Below, one piece after another: positions 38,409-50,542 of a stretch of 64,000 bases of DNA (the stretch's first letter is position 1; each line of letters begins with the position of its first letter). Both the position numbers and the translations under genes were made by a program. Below the pieces are notes generated by a model, which made no database searches, was not told the origin of the DNA, and saw only the letters and a program-made list of their open reading frames with translations. The stretch lies in contig MU055753.1 of assembly GCA_013239625.1 (NCBI GenBank), positions 2,100,702 through 2,164,701 on the forward strand, given 5' to 3'. Source of the stretch: Lama guanicoe (Eukaryota).

Positions 38409-38414
38409 TTTATT
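38409..38414 (-). terminator. PDPK1: Probable distal PDPK1 poly(A) signal
   Basis: AATAAA on the - strand at the end of the AU-rich UTR block, followed by GU/U-rich sequence, immediately before the CpG island. Confidence 0.7.
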
Positions 38415-38523
38415 ACAAGACTACCGAGCATACGTGGAAAATTCATCATCCGGTAACTACATCTAAAGCACAAATATCTGAAAAAAAGAATAAACAGATT
38501 CATTAAATTATGATATGATTAAA

Positions 38524-38663
38524 NNNNNNNNNNNNNNNNNNNNNNNNNNNNNNNNNNNNNNNNNNNNNNNNNNNNNNNNNNNNNNNNNNNNNNNNNNNNN
38601 NNNNNNNNNNNNNNNNNNNNNNNNNNNNNNNNNNNNNNNNNNNNNNNNNNNNNNNNNNNNNNN
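38524..38663. other. Assembly gap (further gaps at 40008-40148 and 63296-63515)
   Basis: N runs. Confidence 1.
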
Positions 38664-40305
38664 TATATTAGATTTTAAATAACACAGACTGAACTAGAGG
38701 CCAACAATAGCCAGCAAATAACCTTATATAAGAATAAAAATACAAAAGTGTATATCCTAATATCATTGCATTATTTGTTTTCATAAGTTTTTTTTCTTAA
38801 TTTTTGCTTTGCCTGTACATCACAGTTACAGCTACAGACCAGGTAGAGAATATTACACGTTCTAACTGACTGCCACCAACCTGAAAGACAGCTAACGTAC
38901 TATTTGATTCATCCTATTTTGTGTTAAGGAACAGCTACAGCAGCTCTAAATATTGCAAAAAATTTAATTTTGTCAATGTCCAATCAGTACTTACGATCGT
39001 GATAGAGGCTTTTCACCAGCAAAATGACCCCTATTCAGTCACTCAGCCAGACGGGTTAGATTAGGGTGGATTACACAGCTAAAAAAGGTGTGCCTTTTGT
39101 AAAAGTTCTCTGTACATAAAGTTTGGTATTTCTTCATATCGAAGAAATGAGTTCTGGAGGAAATTCAGGTATACATGTAGGCTAGTTCAGTTGCCCACCA
39201 AGGCTGTCTGAGCTACAGATAAAACTGCTCTTTGCTGGAAGAGCTTTCTCCCCAGACCGGTTCTCGAGGCAGCCTGATTTACAACCCTGCAATCTTGAGC
39301 CAGCAGCCTGCACCCCTTGGAGGCTCTGGGAGTGACTCCTGCCCTGGTTTAAGGCACTTGCCATGTAGGCTGCCTAAGAGGGAAGGACCACACCCACTTG
39401 AGTCACCATCAGTTCATGTTACGTTTGGATATGAAAAGAAACAATATGGAAAAACGCATATGGCAACATCTCCAAGAATAGTACCTTCACCATGCTCGCA
39501 GGGTGGCTGCAACCTCTGCAGTCTGGGCAGTAAGCATCCTCAGTCTGTGGACTGACCAGGAGAGAGGGGGTCTTGGAGTGTCAGGGGAGGGGAGAAGACC
39601 TAATTCTGCACAATCTGGCCATCATCTCTGGCATAATCAAGTGGCATGGAGCATGGCACCTAGAAAAATTTCTCATGCATCTTTTCCCTCAGAACTGACA
39701 GACCCCAAACTAAAGTGGAAAAATTAAGAAAGAAACCAAATCTGGGTTGTCTGGACTTAAAGATAACTAGGCAACCTGCAACACTATGGGCAAGAGGGTA
39801 AGAGAAATCCTTAAATCCTTATCAGCCAGGGCAATTACATTCTACAATGGAAAAACCTAGCCAGTGTGCTCTACTGTACTAAGATGGCCGGAGTCCCTCA
39901 ATTTGAAAAACATTGGGGAGGTGGGAGCGCAGGCCAAATACACTTCTATAAAATCCAACTGTCTACATGGTTGTTCAAGTAGAGTCTTTGTTCTTTTACT
40001 GATTCCANNNNNNNNNNNNNNNNNNNNNNNNNNNNNNNNNNNNNNNNNNNNNNNNNNNNNNNNNNNNNNNNNNNNNNNNNNNNNNNNNNNNNNNNNNNNN
40101 NNNNNNNNNNNNNNNNNNNNNNNNNNNNNNNNNNNNNNNNNNNNNNNNAAAATATCACCAAGCACTTGAAAGCCACAGCAGCAGGGATGGGAAGGTAACA
40201 TGCAAGCATAACCAGATTCTTTCCATGAAAATAAGGAAATCGGCTTTTGGAAAAATCTGTCACAAATGGCCACCAGTAATAACATCATTTTAGCATTTAA
40301 AAAAA

Positions 40306-40365
40306 AGAGAGCAAAAGAGAGCGAGAGAGAGCGAGAGAGAGCGAGAGAGAGAGAGTGAGAGAGAG
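40306..40365. repeat. (GA)n / (GCGAGAGAGA)n repeat in the PDPK1 3' UTR
   Basis: Read directly from the sequence. Confidence 0.9.
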
Positions 40366-40509
40366 CAGTCTTATTCAAACATTCTTGGGAACACACAACT
40401 CACCAGAAATTGATTTGTTCAGAATCTGTAGGACACAGCTAAGGAAGTCCTGTACTGGAACTCTGAGCATCTGAACATCAGAGCAAGACAGAGGAAGAGA
40501 GTCTATACT

Positions 40510-40900
40510 ATCTTTAAAATGAACAAACTCTTTGACCCTAAAATACCACTGCTAGGAATCTGGACAGGGCAGGGCAGGGCAAGGGGAGGAGATCAGAGTT
40601 AAAAATCAAAGACTTATAAGGATATTCATTACAGCAGTTTTTAAATAGTGAAAAACCAGAAACCATCTAAATGCTTTAGAGCAGTAAAGTGATCAGATAA
40701 ATTATGATAAAAAAATAACCATTACACTCTACAATCATTAAAAACAAAGTTTTTGAATTTTGTTCATGACGTGACATTAAGTGAAAGAAGCTGGATGCAA
40801 AATGGTATATGTTGTATGTTCCCACTTAAGTTACAAAAGCAAACACGTGTGCGGGCAGGGAGGCAAGGGTGGCAGGCTGTGCACCAAGAAGGTCACAGTG
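40510..40900 (+). mobile_element. Ancient L1 (L1ME-like) 3' fragment within the PDPK1 UTR
   Basis: tttgaccc..ccactgctaggaat; aaggatattcattacagca; ttaagtgaaagaagc motifs. Confidence 0.6.
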
Positions 40901-43900
40901 GTCTTTTCTGGGTGCTGAGCCTACAATTGATTTTTTCAGGAAACAAATGTTTTAATAAAGTACTAAATCACCCAGAGCCCCCTGTCCTCGGGGTCTGTGC
41001 CAAAGGCCATCTCCTGCAATTCCTTCAGGCTCGCGCCACAAACACCACAGGGCTGCCCAAGGGGGATGAGGCAGGTACAGTTCCCAGCAGCTTCGGCATG
41101 ACCCCAAGAGCCACCTTTCACAAAGCAAGTCTGTGACAAACCTCCCCACAGTCAAGGTTCAGCGTGGCAGGCACACAGAGGTGCCTCTCACAGGGTGGGG
41201 CTTCATGCTCCACACAGGGCTGCCCAAAGTGCACCGCCCAGGTCAGGTCCACAGAAAGGGAAGGAAACCACCCCATCCAAACCTGGCTTCCTCGTGTTCC
41301 CAAAGAGGCAAGGCACAGTGGGCTGTCTGAGCCGGTAGAGACCCTGACCCTCCTGGCCATCCTCCCTCCCCTCTGTGCCAAGAGTGGCCACATGGTGCAG
41401 GACCATCTCTGCTTGACAGGTGCTGGGTTTGGCATTACACCTGTCCTTAACCTCTCTCAGTAAGATACATACTCCTGGACCTATTAAACAAAAGGGCATT
41501 TTCTTTCTTACCTTGGACAAATCCACATTTCTATATATTTCTAGGTATGCCTGCGTGTGTGCATAGACTGACACCTACGTGCACATCTTAGAACATAAGG
41601 CACCTGCATGCCAGGATAATGGCTCAAAGGATGAGTTGGATAAAACTAAAGTTGACATGAATAAGCATAGGGTAAGAGTATGTAGGGGCTTCCAAAAAGA
41701 GAAAGAAAGAAAAAAAAAAAAGGAAAGAGAATTCTGAGTGAGTGGAGAAAGGTGACCCACAGAGAAGGGCTCAGCTGTCACTGGCTCAGGCAGAGCAGTC
41801 ACTTCAGCTCTGCCAGCTGTGAGCTCAACCTCGAACCCCTTATTCTCTGGTTTTGGAGGTTAAGATGGAGCTTGTCGGTTAAGCCCAGGAGGTAGTGGTG
41901 TGATCCAGACGGAAGAATGCGACAGATGAGTCGTGTCTCCCTGAGCAGCCCAGCTGAGCGCTCCTTTTAAAGCCAACATCAGGTCTGCTTGTTTCCCTGT
42001 AACCAGACACCCAGGAAAGATGCTGTGCACTAGCGGCCTCCCAACTCTCCTAAATGCACATGCGCAGACGCGGACGCTCTGACAGGAGTGAAATATAAAC
42101 ACAGGAGTACCCCTGAAATCAAAGTCCTGAAAGAAAGGGTCAAGACAGACTCACTTTTTGAAAAGCAGGTGAACACAGGCAAAGCTTTTCCAAAGTGAGA
42201 GGACAGAGGGGCCTCCATCTACAACCACATGCCCAGGGCAGTGCTCTGGGACGCCCCAAGGGCAGGCATGCCCCCCAACACCTTGGCATCCCCAACACAC
42301 GCAGCGCACACACGCACACACTTGCTCTTGTGCAGCTCTCGCAGAGCAGAGAACAAGGCCCAAGCAGAAACCACTGGCCAACCTGGCTACCACCTCTGCT
42401 CCCACCCAAACTCCTCTCCCTACCCAAACACAGTGGAATTCTCCACATCTGCATGTTTTTCCCAACTTAAGAGCCACTATTATCACTGAAACAACTTAAG
42501 ACATCTTTCCTCTCAGTTTGGACCACTGGTTACACAGGGTGGTGGATGGTTCGAGATAGGACATGAGGGCAGGGAAGTAGTTGGGATCTTATCTGCGGGA
42601 GCTTTTTGTTGGCGCCTTTGGGAAAATTATAGGAAATGGCAAAGTCACTCCTCCCCTGGGGACAGAAACTGGTCTGTGAGCAGCAGCCTGCGGGTGGCAG
42701 TGCTCGCTCCTTTCCCGCTGGGACAACCTGGGCAGGGAGAGGAATGGCCGAGCCCCGCCAGGCTGACAGGAGTTCTCTCTGTCCAGGGAGCAGCAGCAAA
42801 GAAAATCAAAGGACTAGTAAGTCCTGGACCACCCTTAGTACAGAGCAGGGTGCTGCCACAAAAAAAGCTAAAGGAAATCACCCTGCAACTGGAGGAGAGA
42901 CGGCTGGGGCTCGGGTTCAAGTGTGGTTATTTCTGCCCCTCATGCAAGGTTAACACTTGTTTCCAGGCAAAGTCCATCTGATGGGGACCAGATGACCTGG
43001 CAACACAAGAAGGCTTTTAGATTTTCACTGTGGATGTGTGAAAACGCTCTGAGTTAGACTACAAGAGTTAGGGCACAACGAGGGTGTGTGGGAGCCAGCC
43101 CTCCTCCATGCCCCTGGCTGTGAGGGAGGACAGCCCAGTCTGCAGATACCAGGCACCCTCAGGGCCAACTTACCCTGCACACCCCACCTTTCAAACCAGA
43201 GGGGCTGTCAGCTCACACTCCCCTACACGGGGGCCACCAGGCCCGTCTGCCCCACTGCCCTGGCCCCACACGGGGTGGGGGGGCACGGAGCCCCATCACC
43301 TGGTGCACTTGGCACTCAGTGGGCCCAGCGCTAACAGTGCTCCTTCCAGGCAGGCACTCAGTTTCTGGCCCCAGGGGGCAACCCGCTCAGAGGGATGGAC
43401 ATCTGAACGCTCTACTGGCCCTCACCTCGGCAGTGGCTCTGTATTTTACCTGGACAGCCTGTTCTACTCCTTACCGCCTGAGCCTGCCTGGCTGACAAGA
43501 CACGAGCACTCACAGACAGACAGCAAGAACTGCAGACGTCTCGCAGCCAGGGCTACTAGAGGAGGCGAGCATGGGCCCACAGGGATCAGGCCATCAACTA
43601 GGGACGTGAAGAAAGGAGCATACGGACAAAAGCCAAGGACCCTCCTGCCCTACAGAGATCAGAAGCCACCCCAGCAGAGTCCTGCATGGCTCCCTGGTGA
43701 AGAGTTCCACGGTAATCTGGGGGCAGACAGAGCCCAGAGACACGCCTGGTCCCCTGAGCCGCAGCAGGACTGGCAGATGACAGGGCACGCGATGGAGAGC
43801 TGGTGACGCGAGTCTGTCCACTAATCTGGGTGGGAACCAGGCAGACGTGCACAGCACTGGGTTCCCATGGCGAGGAGGGTGCGGGAAGCCTCCACAGAGC

Positions 43901-44118
43901 ACAGAGAGCAAGCAAAGCGACCCTGAATTCCTTTTCGTTATTGGTTTTGTTCTTTGTGTGGTGGGTATTGTTTTTCTTCTTTTCTTTTAAATTAAAAAGC
44001 TGCAAGGTTCCGCCGTCTGCGTCCCCCTTGAGATGGCTGGCAGGTGGTCTGGAAGCGTCCCGGGTGGCGGCGAGCCATGCTGGCATATGTCCTGCAGCGA
44101 GTGCAGCAGCCGCGGGCA

Positions 44119-44235
44119 TCACTGCACAGCGGCGTCTGGGTGGCTCTGATATCTGTGCCTCCACACCTCCTGGATCTTTTTGCACCATTTGTGAGCATTC
44201 CCACTCGGGTCCATCAGGTAATACGTCCTATTCGG
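44119..44235 (-). CDS. PDPK1: PDPK1 exon 14 ([17 protein letters not shown]...DAAVQ*), end of the PH domain
   Basis: 117 nt, ctgcAG acceptor, TGA at 44121-44119. Confidence 0.97.
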   Translation of the reverse strand, partial: PNRTYYLMDPSGNAHKWCKKIQEVWRHRYQSHPDAAVQ

Positions 44236-44638
44236 CTGCAGAGACAGAAACGTTTAATGTTCTTGAGGGAGTCCCACCACAACCAGCACCTCCACCCATC
44301 AGTGAGCAACTGGAAGAAATTGCCATCCTACTGCAGCCGCTGCAAGTACCTTCTGGAAGCACGTGAGCATGCGGAATTTTTTCCCTCCACATATGTGCAG
44401 AGATTAAACATGCACGTGATGACCTACACAGCTCCCTTGCATCACTCCTGAACTGAAAAACAAGCATAGGTACCTCCCGGCCCAAATCAGAACTGAGCCA
44501 CAAACGTGGGAAAGGCGGAGACCACCGCCCCACTCCAGCTGCCCCCTCAGTTCCACAGCATTTGGATGCTCTGAATAGAGGCACAAAGATCCAAAGGCCT
44601 CCAACTGCCCTGCAAAGAACCTGTAGGGATAAACTCAC

Positions 44639-44791
44639 CGTGTGGACAAAGAAGGTTTTAAAATTTTTGGCCTCTGGTCGGAGTTCTTGCGACCATGGAA
44701 TTTCACCTTTCAAGACTTTGTTGACAGGATCCACATAATATAAGTGTGGCCCTTCTGTGAGCAGTAACTGTCGTCGCCGTGCAAATAAACC
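44639..44791 (-). CDS. PDPK1: PDPK1 exon 13 ([11 protein letters not shown]...FFVHT), PH domain
   Basis: 153 nt, phase 0-0, ACG|GTGAGT donor. Confidence 0.97.
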
Positions 44792-45798
44792 CTGATGCAA
44801 AAAAAGAAACAAAGAAAGAAAAAGGACACTGCTTGTTAAGGCTCAAAAGTGGGTGCTGACAGCACTTATCACTGCCTCAGAGGCTGGACTGTCAGAGGAG
44901 CTCCAGGCACAGGGACCACTGCCAGCCACCTGCCCACTCACCTGCGACAGAGGGGCGTGCACACCTCCCTCCTACTTGGACACAGCCCCTTGGGTCAGAA
45001 AGAAATGGGAAGCACTCAAGGCCTGGCCTGCCTGCCCTGCTGAGCGGGACCCCAACACCCCTATTCCAGGCTTCGCTACTCTGGTTGCCATGTCGGGGAG
45101 TGGCAGCATAGGTAGGTGCACCTGAGGCCAGCACATTGGCTCAGGTCCCTGTCACTGAGCCAGCTCCAAGGAGCCTGTCACCAGCAGTCAGGGCCCTACT
45201 ATTTCTCATGCCCTCTGCTCCACACCAGGGCACAGGGTTCTGCCTGCTGGCCGGTCACACCACAACCCTCCTTCATGGAGGTTCCCACCACTGAGGATGC
45301 ATGGGGGTGGGTGAGGCTGAGCATGGCCAGCAATGGAGGCCAGGAGCCTCGACTAAGAAAGGTCCACATCGGCAGAAAGAGAACATTTGTGGTGTGTGAT
45401 ATTTTTGACACAATTCATTTACTTAATATTTTCAAGAGCAATTAGAATGAAGTCATAAACAACTTGCCAGGACTCAAGCAGAGCCTCCTCAACAGGACAG
45501 AAACTTTGACCTCAGTGAAGCTAGCCTCAGGGAGAAATCAGAACGCTGGCTCCCCAGTCAGAAATGAGAGGCTGCATTTCTGTCTGCCAAGGCCTGCCAT
45601 GTAGTTTCAATCGCCTCTCCCGAATGGCTGAAATCTTCCTTACCTATCAAATTTAGAGATGATCTCTTAAAGGGAACCAAGACAGAGGTGCTATGTGCAT
45701 GAGTTATAGCAGGAGCCTGAGGAGCAAGGCCTGATCCTGAGTGAAAATCAGGAGGAAGACATAGACACACAAGAAGGAGTGGTGGGAATCTAACTTAC

Positions 45799-45856
45799 CT
45801 TTCGCTTATCTACTGGACCCATTTTTAGTATTAAATTATTTTCTACAAACTGGTGC
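45799..45856 (-). CDS. PDPK1: PDPK1 exon 12 (HQFVENNLILKMGPVDKRK)
   Basis: 58 nt, ttatAG acceptor, AAG|GTAAGT donor. Confidence 0.96.
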
Positions 45857-45908
45857 CTATAAAAAGAATAAAAACAAGAATGAGACACTCATATAAGAGT
45901 CAGAGACA

Positions 45909-46006
45909 TTTATGTCCATGAATGACTGAAAAATTGTGCTGAACACTGGAATTTGACACAACATTGTAAAATGATTATAAATCAATAAAAAATGTTAAAA
46001 AAAAAA
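45909..46006 (+). mobile_element. Young, severely 5'-truncated L1 3' end with poly(A)
   Basis: Perfect 14-bp TSD aagagtcagagaca at 45895-45908 and 46007-46020; AATAAA and A tail. Confidence 0.9.
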
Positions 46007-47302
46007 AAGAGTCAGAGACAGAAATTCTCCAAACTCCTCCCTTCGAAACCAACTTCCCAATGGCACTGTGAACTTTGCTTTAAGCAAGGGTCCCCCTTCA
46101 GAGATCCAAACTCACTTCAGTAAAATGAGAAAACTCCAAAAGTAACTTTGCATGCAAGTTCCACTGCTTTATAGAATTTCAATCTGTATTTGGACCAGAG
46201 TCCTCAGATTCTAGAAATATCACCCTTTCTCACCTCTGACTCAGCAGCATTTACGGAGGAAAGGCAGAGGGGAGGCAGTGTAGCAGACCTGAGCCCAGGA
46301 TACACATCCTTGTTACTTTAAACAAAGCTGGGGTGAGACGCAGAACCCCACTAAAAGGGCGGAGGCCACTGGGAATCAACCTCAGGACAGAAACTGTTGT
46401 TTTTAAGTTACCTCCTCAAGCTGGGACCTCTGACTCAGTGCTCAGAAACCACTGAGCTGTTCAGAATCACAAATCCCTAAAAGATCCAGGTTGGAAATCT
46501 GGTTTGAGAACATCTTATTTGGTGTTTCTACCACAGAAATAAAGCATTTTATCTGAATATGGCAGGAATTTAGAAAAGTTTCAAATACAGGTTTTGATTG
46601 AATACACATTATTAGCAAGTCTAGTCCACTTTGATTCCTAGGAGCTTAAAAGAGGCTATTTTAACACCTGCAGGTTCTTTCCTTCGGTTAAAGTTAACAC
46701 CTACTGCTTTATATTCTGATTTTACTGGCATTCCTGACCTAAGGTTCTACTTCAGAAACACTAAAAAAGCATAAGACAACTGTCACCCCCAACAGTGACA
46801 ATTTTACCACGTAAGTGTCTGAGCACATCCACCTGCTTTTCCCTGGTTCCTCCTGGGACACAGCACACGTGCTAGAAGGTTGGCCCAGCTGCTGGAGCCA
46901 CATCCTCTCATCCCCTGGGTCTGCCTAGCCTAAACAACCAGACCAACGCCCACTCCACAAAGCCCTCTGGGCTTACCCACCGAGGTCCCGTAACCAGGGA
47001 CCTAGGCCCAAGTCAACCGACACAGCATCATATGGGTTTTGAAAACAAGAATAATTTTAACAACAAAAAAAAGTACTGTGACCTTCATGAGGAAAGGCAC
47101 CATGTTTCTTTTCCCTCTCCAAGTATTTAAAAACTAAACCAACAAACAAAACAAGACTTGAATAAAGAGAAAACAATCAAGATTTCTGAGAAGGAGATGT
47201 AACAAGGATCTCCTGCAGCACAGGAGTACACGGGTAAACAACAGAGCCAGACAGAAAGCTCTTCTGACCAACGGGTCCTGCTGTATAAGACTTTCATGTG
47301 TA

Positions 47303-47455
47303 TAACACAAGATCTTATGGCAGCTCACAGAGAAAAAAATGTGACAATTTTGAATATATATATGTATGTCCATGTATAACTAAAAAATTGTGCTCTACAC
47401 TGGAATTTGACACAACATTTTAAAATGATTATAGATCAATAAAAAAAGAAAAAAA
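47303..47455 (+). mobile_element. Second truncated L1 3' end of the same family
   Basis: Shares aaaaattgtgct..cactggaatttgacacaacatt..aaaatgattata with the 45909 copy; degenerate TSD aagactttcatg / aagaatttcatg. Confidence 0.85.
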
Positions 47456-47679
47456 AAGAATTTCATGCATAGTAAAGAGTCGCAAGTTGATAATAAGTGG
47501 AAGACCTCAATTAAATTATACTGGGACCATTTCAGAGCACAGCCACCACCAGGAGAGCTGAGCGAGTCCGTCAGAATCCCAGTGCAGCTCTGCTGACCAC
47601 CTCAGGAGAGTTCCCCACGAGAGGCCTCTATGCAGCTGAGGAAGGACCAGGGGACCACAGCCGCTCTGCTCTAAAATGC

Positions 47680-48830
47680 CATCTTTCAAACCTTCAGGTC
47701 TCGGGATTCCTTTATACTCTTAAATGTTACAGAAGATCCTAAAGAGCTTTCCTTTATTTGAGTGAGATTCACTGATATTTATGTATAAGCAATTAAAACG
47801 GAGACATTTTCAAATATTTAATTCATTAAAAAGATAATAAATCTATTTCATATGAATATAAGTAATACTTTAAAAATAACTTCTTTCCAAAACAAAGACA
47901 ATGAGAAGTATGACACTGCTGCACATTTTGCAAATCTCTTTACTATCTCTCTTCAAAGAAGAGAGCTGAATTCTCAGATCTGCCTCTGCCTTCACTCTAC
48001 GTGATATGTTGTCCAGGCTGAAGTACATGAAGAAATCAGCTTCACTCAGATAAGGAATTTTAAAAGGAGGAGTATTTTAATAGTCTTTGGAGATATTTGA
48101 GGGCATTCTTCTTTGATAAAACACCAAAACTCCACATGTGTAGTTTCTTACAGGTTTGCTGCCATGGGAAATCTGAATTCCCAAGAATGAGTTTTTCAAA
48201 TTCTGTGACATTAAAAACCCTCAGTCTACCTTGCATTTTGAATGGGTCTCCATCCTTCTATGGTTTTATGGCACCATACACTCGTCATCTAGAAAAGAGT
48301 GGCTTACTGAGTTATGGAGATCTTCCAAAGATTGACAAATTTCATTCTACAATATCAACAAATCAATGCATTAATATCGCTTCCTATCGCCTCAGAAAAG
48401 TCTCTAAGTACCGGGAAGATATCAAGTTCACAGTGATGGATACAGTTTCCCAAAATTCTAATTTCACTTGAAGGTTTTGATTTTATCACTGGTAACAAAT
48501 ACCGGCAGCTGCTTTCCTCGAAGTGACAGGCTCATTCTGCTCATTTTCCAGAAAAATGTGGGACAAACAGCCAAGTCTGAATAACCATGGTTTGTCAGTC
48601 ACATCTCCTAGTGAAAACGGTCTTCCAGGAAAGGAGCGGCCAGTCTCTCTCCCAATGCAAACCCTCATGCAGGGTGTTCCTGAGGGAACTGTCACACCTG
48701 GGCTGCAGCAGGAGTGCTGTCTGCACGCTTCCCACCTCGCTTCCCACCTCGGTCTACAGCATGCTGACAAAACCAATCATTTTTAATGACTACTCAAGCG
48801 AGACTGGCTTCTTTTCCTTTCTTTTCATCC
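47680..48830. mobile_element. Charlie1-like hAT DNA transposon relic
   Basis: tttatactcttaaa..cctaaagagcttt; ataaaacaccaaaactc; gaagtgacaggctca; gtctgaataacca motifs. Confidence 0.7.
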
Positions 48831-50542
48831 AGTGATCGTCTGGCTGTGAAGAACCTGGTTCTCCGAACTCTGCTTGGTGCCACGGCCTGGGTCCGTGATC
48901 CGGCACTGCAGTTTAACCCATCTTTGCTCTGGCACCATCAGTGCACACGGCAATACATTTGCTCCAGAACAAACCATGAAATTCAAAGGGGTGCTCAGCA
49001 CTATCTGTGCTTTCTGCCAAGCACTTGGGTAAAAGAACATCTTTCCTCGATGGTAAAGTTGGGGTGAATACCAGACAAATCCAAACAAAGTGGCGAGTCT
49101 AGTCCCATCTGTAGACTCATTCACTCATAAGGCAAAAGTACAATTTGGAGGTAGACACACCAACTCACTCTCTGAGTCTGCAGCCACATCTTTAACCCAG
49201 CGAGTTACTGTGTCATGGGGGACAGCAGCGCTGGGCCTCCTCCCAGTGACTTGCACCCCGCACACTCAGTGTTGTCAATGGCCTGAAGCTCCTCGACCTC
49301 CCAGCTCCAGTGGGGCTCCTCCCACCTCCACACCTGACTTCCCTGTACAGTGCTTTATAGTGGATTTCCAATGTTTGGCCTTGAAAAAGCCCACATGTAC
49401 ATTTAAAATACTCAATTCCTTTCTCTTAAGAACTCGGAATGCTCAGTCTCTAAATGATGCCGCAACTTACATGGCACCAAAATAACACGCAAAAACCTTC
49501 TCTTCACAGACACAACACAGAAAGGTATTCACATCTATAAAGCCAGGAAAAGATAGCTTTTGTCCTATTTCTGTATCACTTTTACAGTTTTGCCCAGTTT
49601 CTGTGGAGTAGACCCCTCCCTTCCGTGAGTCAGAGAACTCAATGTCTTCTCTTTAGCATCTTTATCTTTAGACTTAGGCAGTGCCACTCTGGGTAGCAGT
49701 ACAAGTGCTCCCACATTCTGGGGTCCTCTTTCCCTCAAATCCTCCTTCCTCAACATACTGCCCCACCCCACCCCACCCCACTCGTGCAAAAGGTGAAACC
49801 ATCAAAAGGCATGAAGAAATTGTCAAGGTAAAGCACTTCTCAACAGGACCAAGATGGAAAACAGAAAATAAACACATAACCAGGCTTGACTTTGTGAGAA
49901 TTTACAACTTCCAAATAAAAAACAGCCACAAACAGGATGAAGAGATAAACTGAAGAAAAATGCTTGCAAAATTAACAGAAATACTGTTCATATCCATGGC
50001 TCTGAAGTGTCAATTTTTTTTAAAAAGATGCAAAACATACAAGAAAAATAGTCAAAAGTATCTCAAAATATAAACACAAATGGCCAATGAACATAGATGT
50101 TTGCCTCGACAAGTATACAAACTCCAGTTCATGTGAGCCCATTCTGAGAGCACTGAAACACTCAAGGGCAGGCAAGGTCATCAGGAAAGTAGGTTGACAG
50201 CAAACACACCAGAACACCCTGAATGTCTCACCGAGGGCAGCGGTTATTTAAATCATGATAAATTCATATCCGAACACAGATGCTGGCGTGCCTGCATGCC
50301 GACCCCCAGGGGCTACAGCCCTGAGGGTCCCAAAGCCACTCACCACAGGCTGACCCTCCCAACACCCATTTCCAATTGGACACATTGAGGCAGCTGGGCA
50401 GGTGGGAGGGTGCAGAGCCCTGACAGGTGGCAGTGACAAAGCCAGGTGCCCCGCTCTCTCAGTCACCTCGTCTGGCATTTCTTTCCGAGCGTTCGACCCT
50501 GCATTTTTAAACAGAGCACTACTTCCATCTGTAAGTTCTTAC

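Larger units (their letters stand above)
38390..44118 (-). other. PDPK1: PDPK1 long 3' UTR (~5.7 kb, contains two N gaps)
   Basis: Runs from the stop codon to the AATAAA; PDPK1 is known to have a multi-kb UTR; AU-rich distal block. Confidence 0.65.

Noticed and set aside
43084-44451. Long + strand ORFs antisense to the PDPK1 last exon and UTR
   Set aside because: No homology recognised; typical shadow ORFs
48097-48471. 124-aa ORF in PDPK1 intron 11
   Set aside because: Lies within a decayed Charlie1-like transposon; no intact transposase motifs
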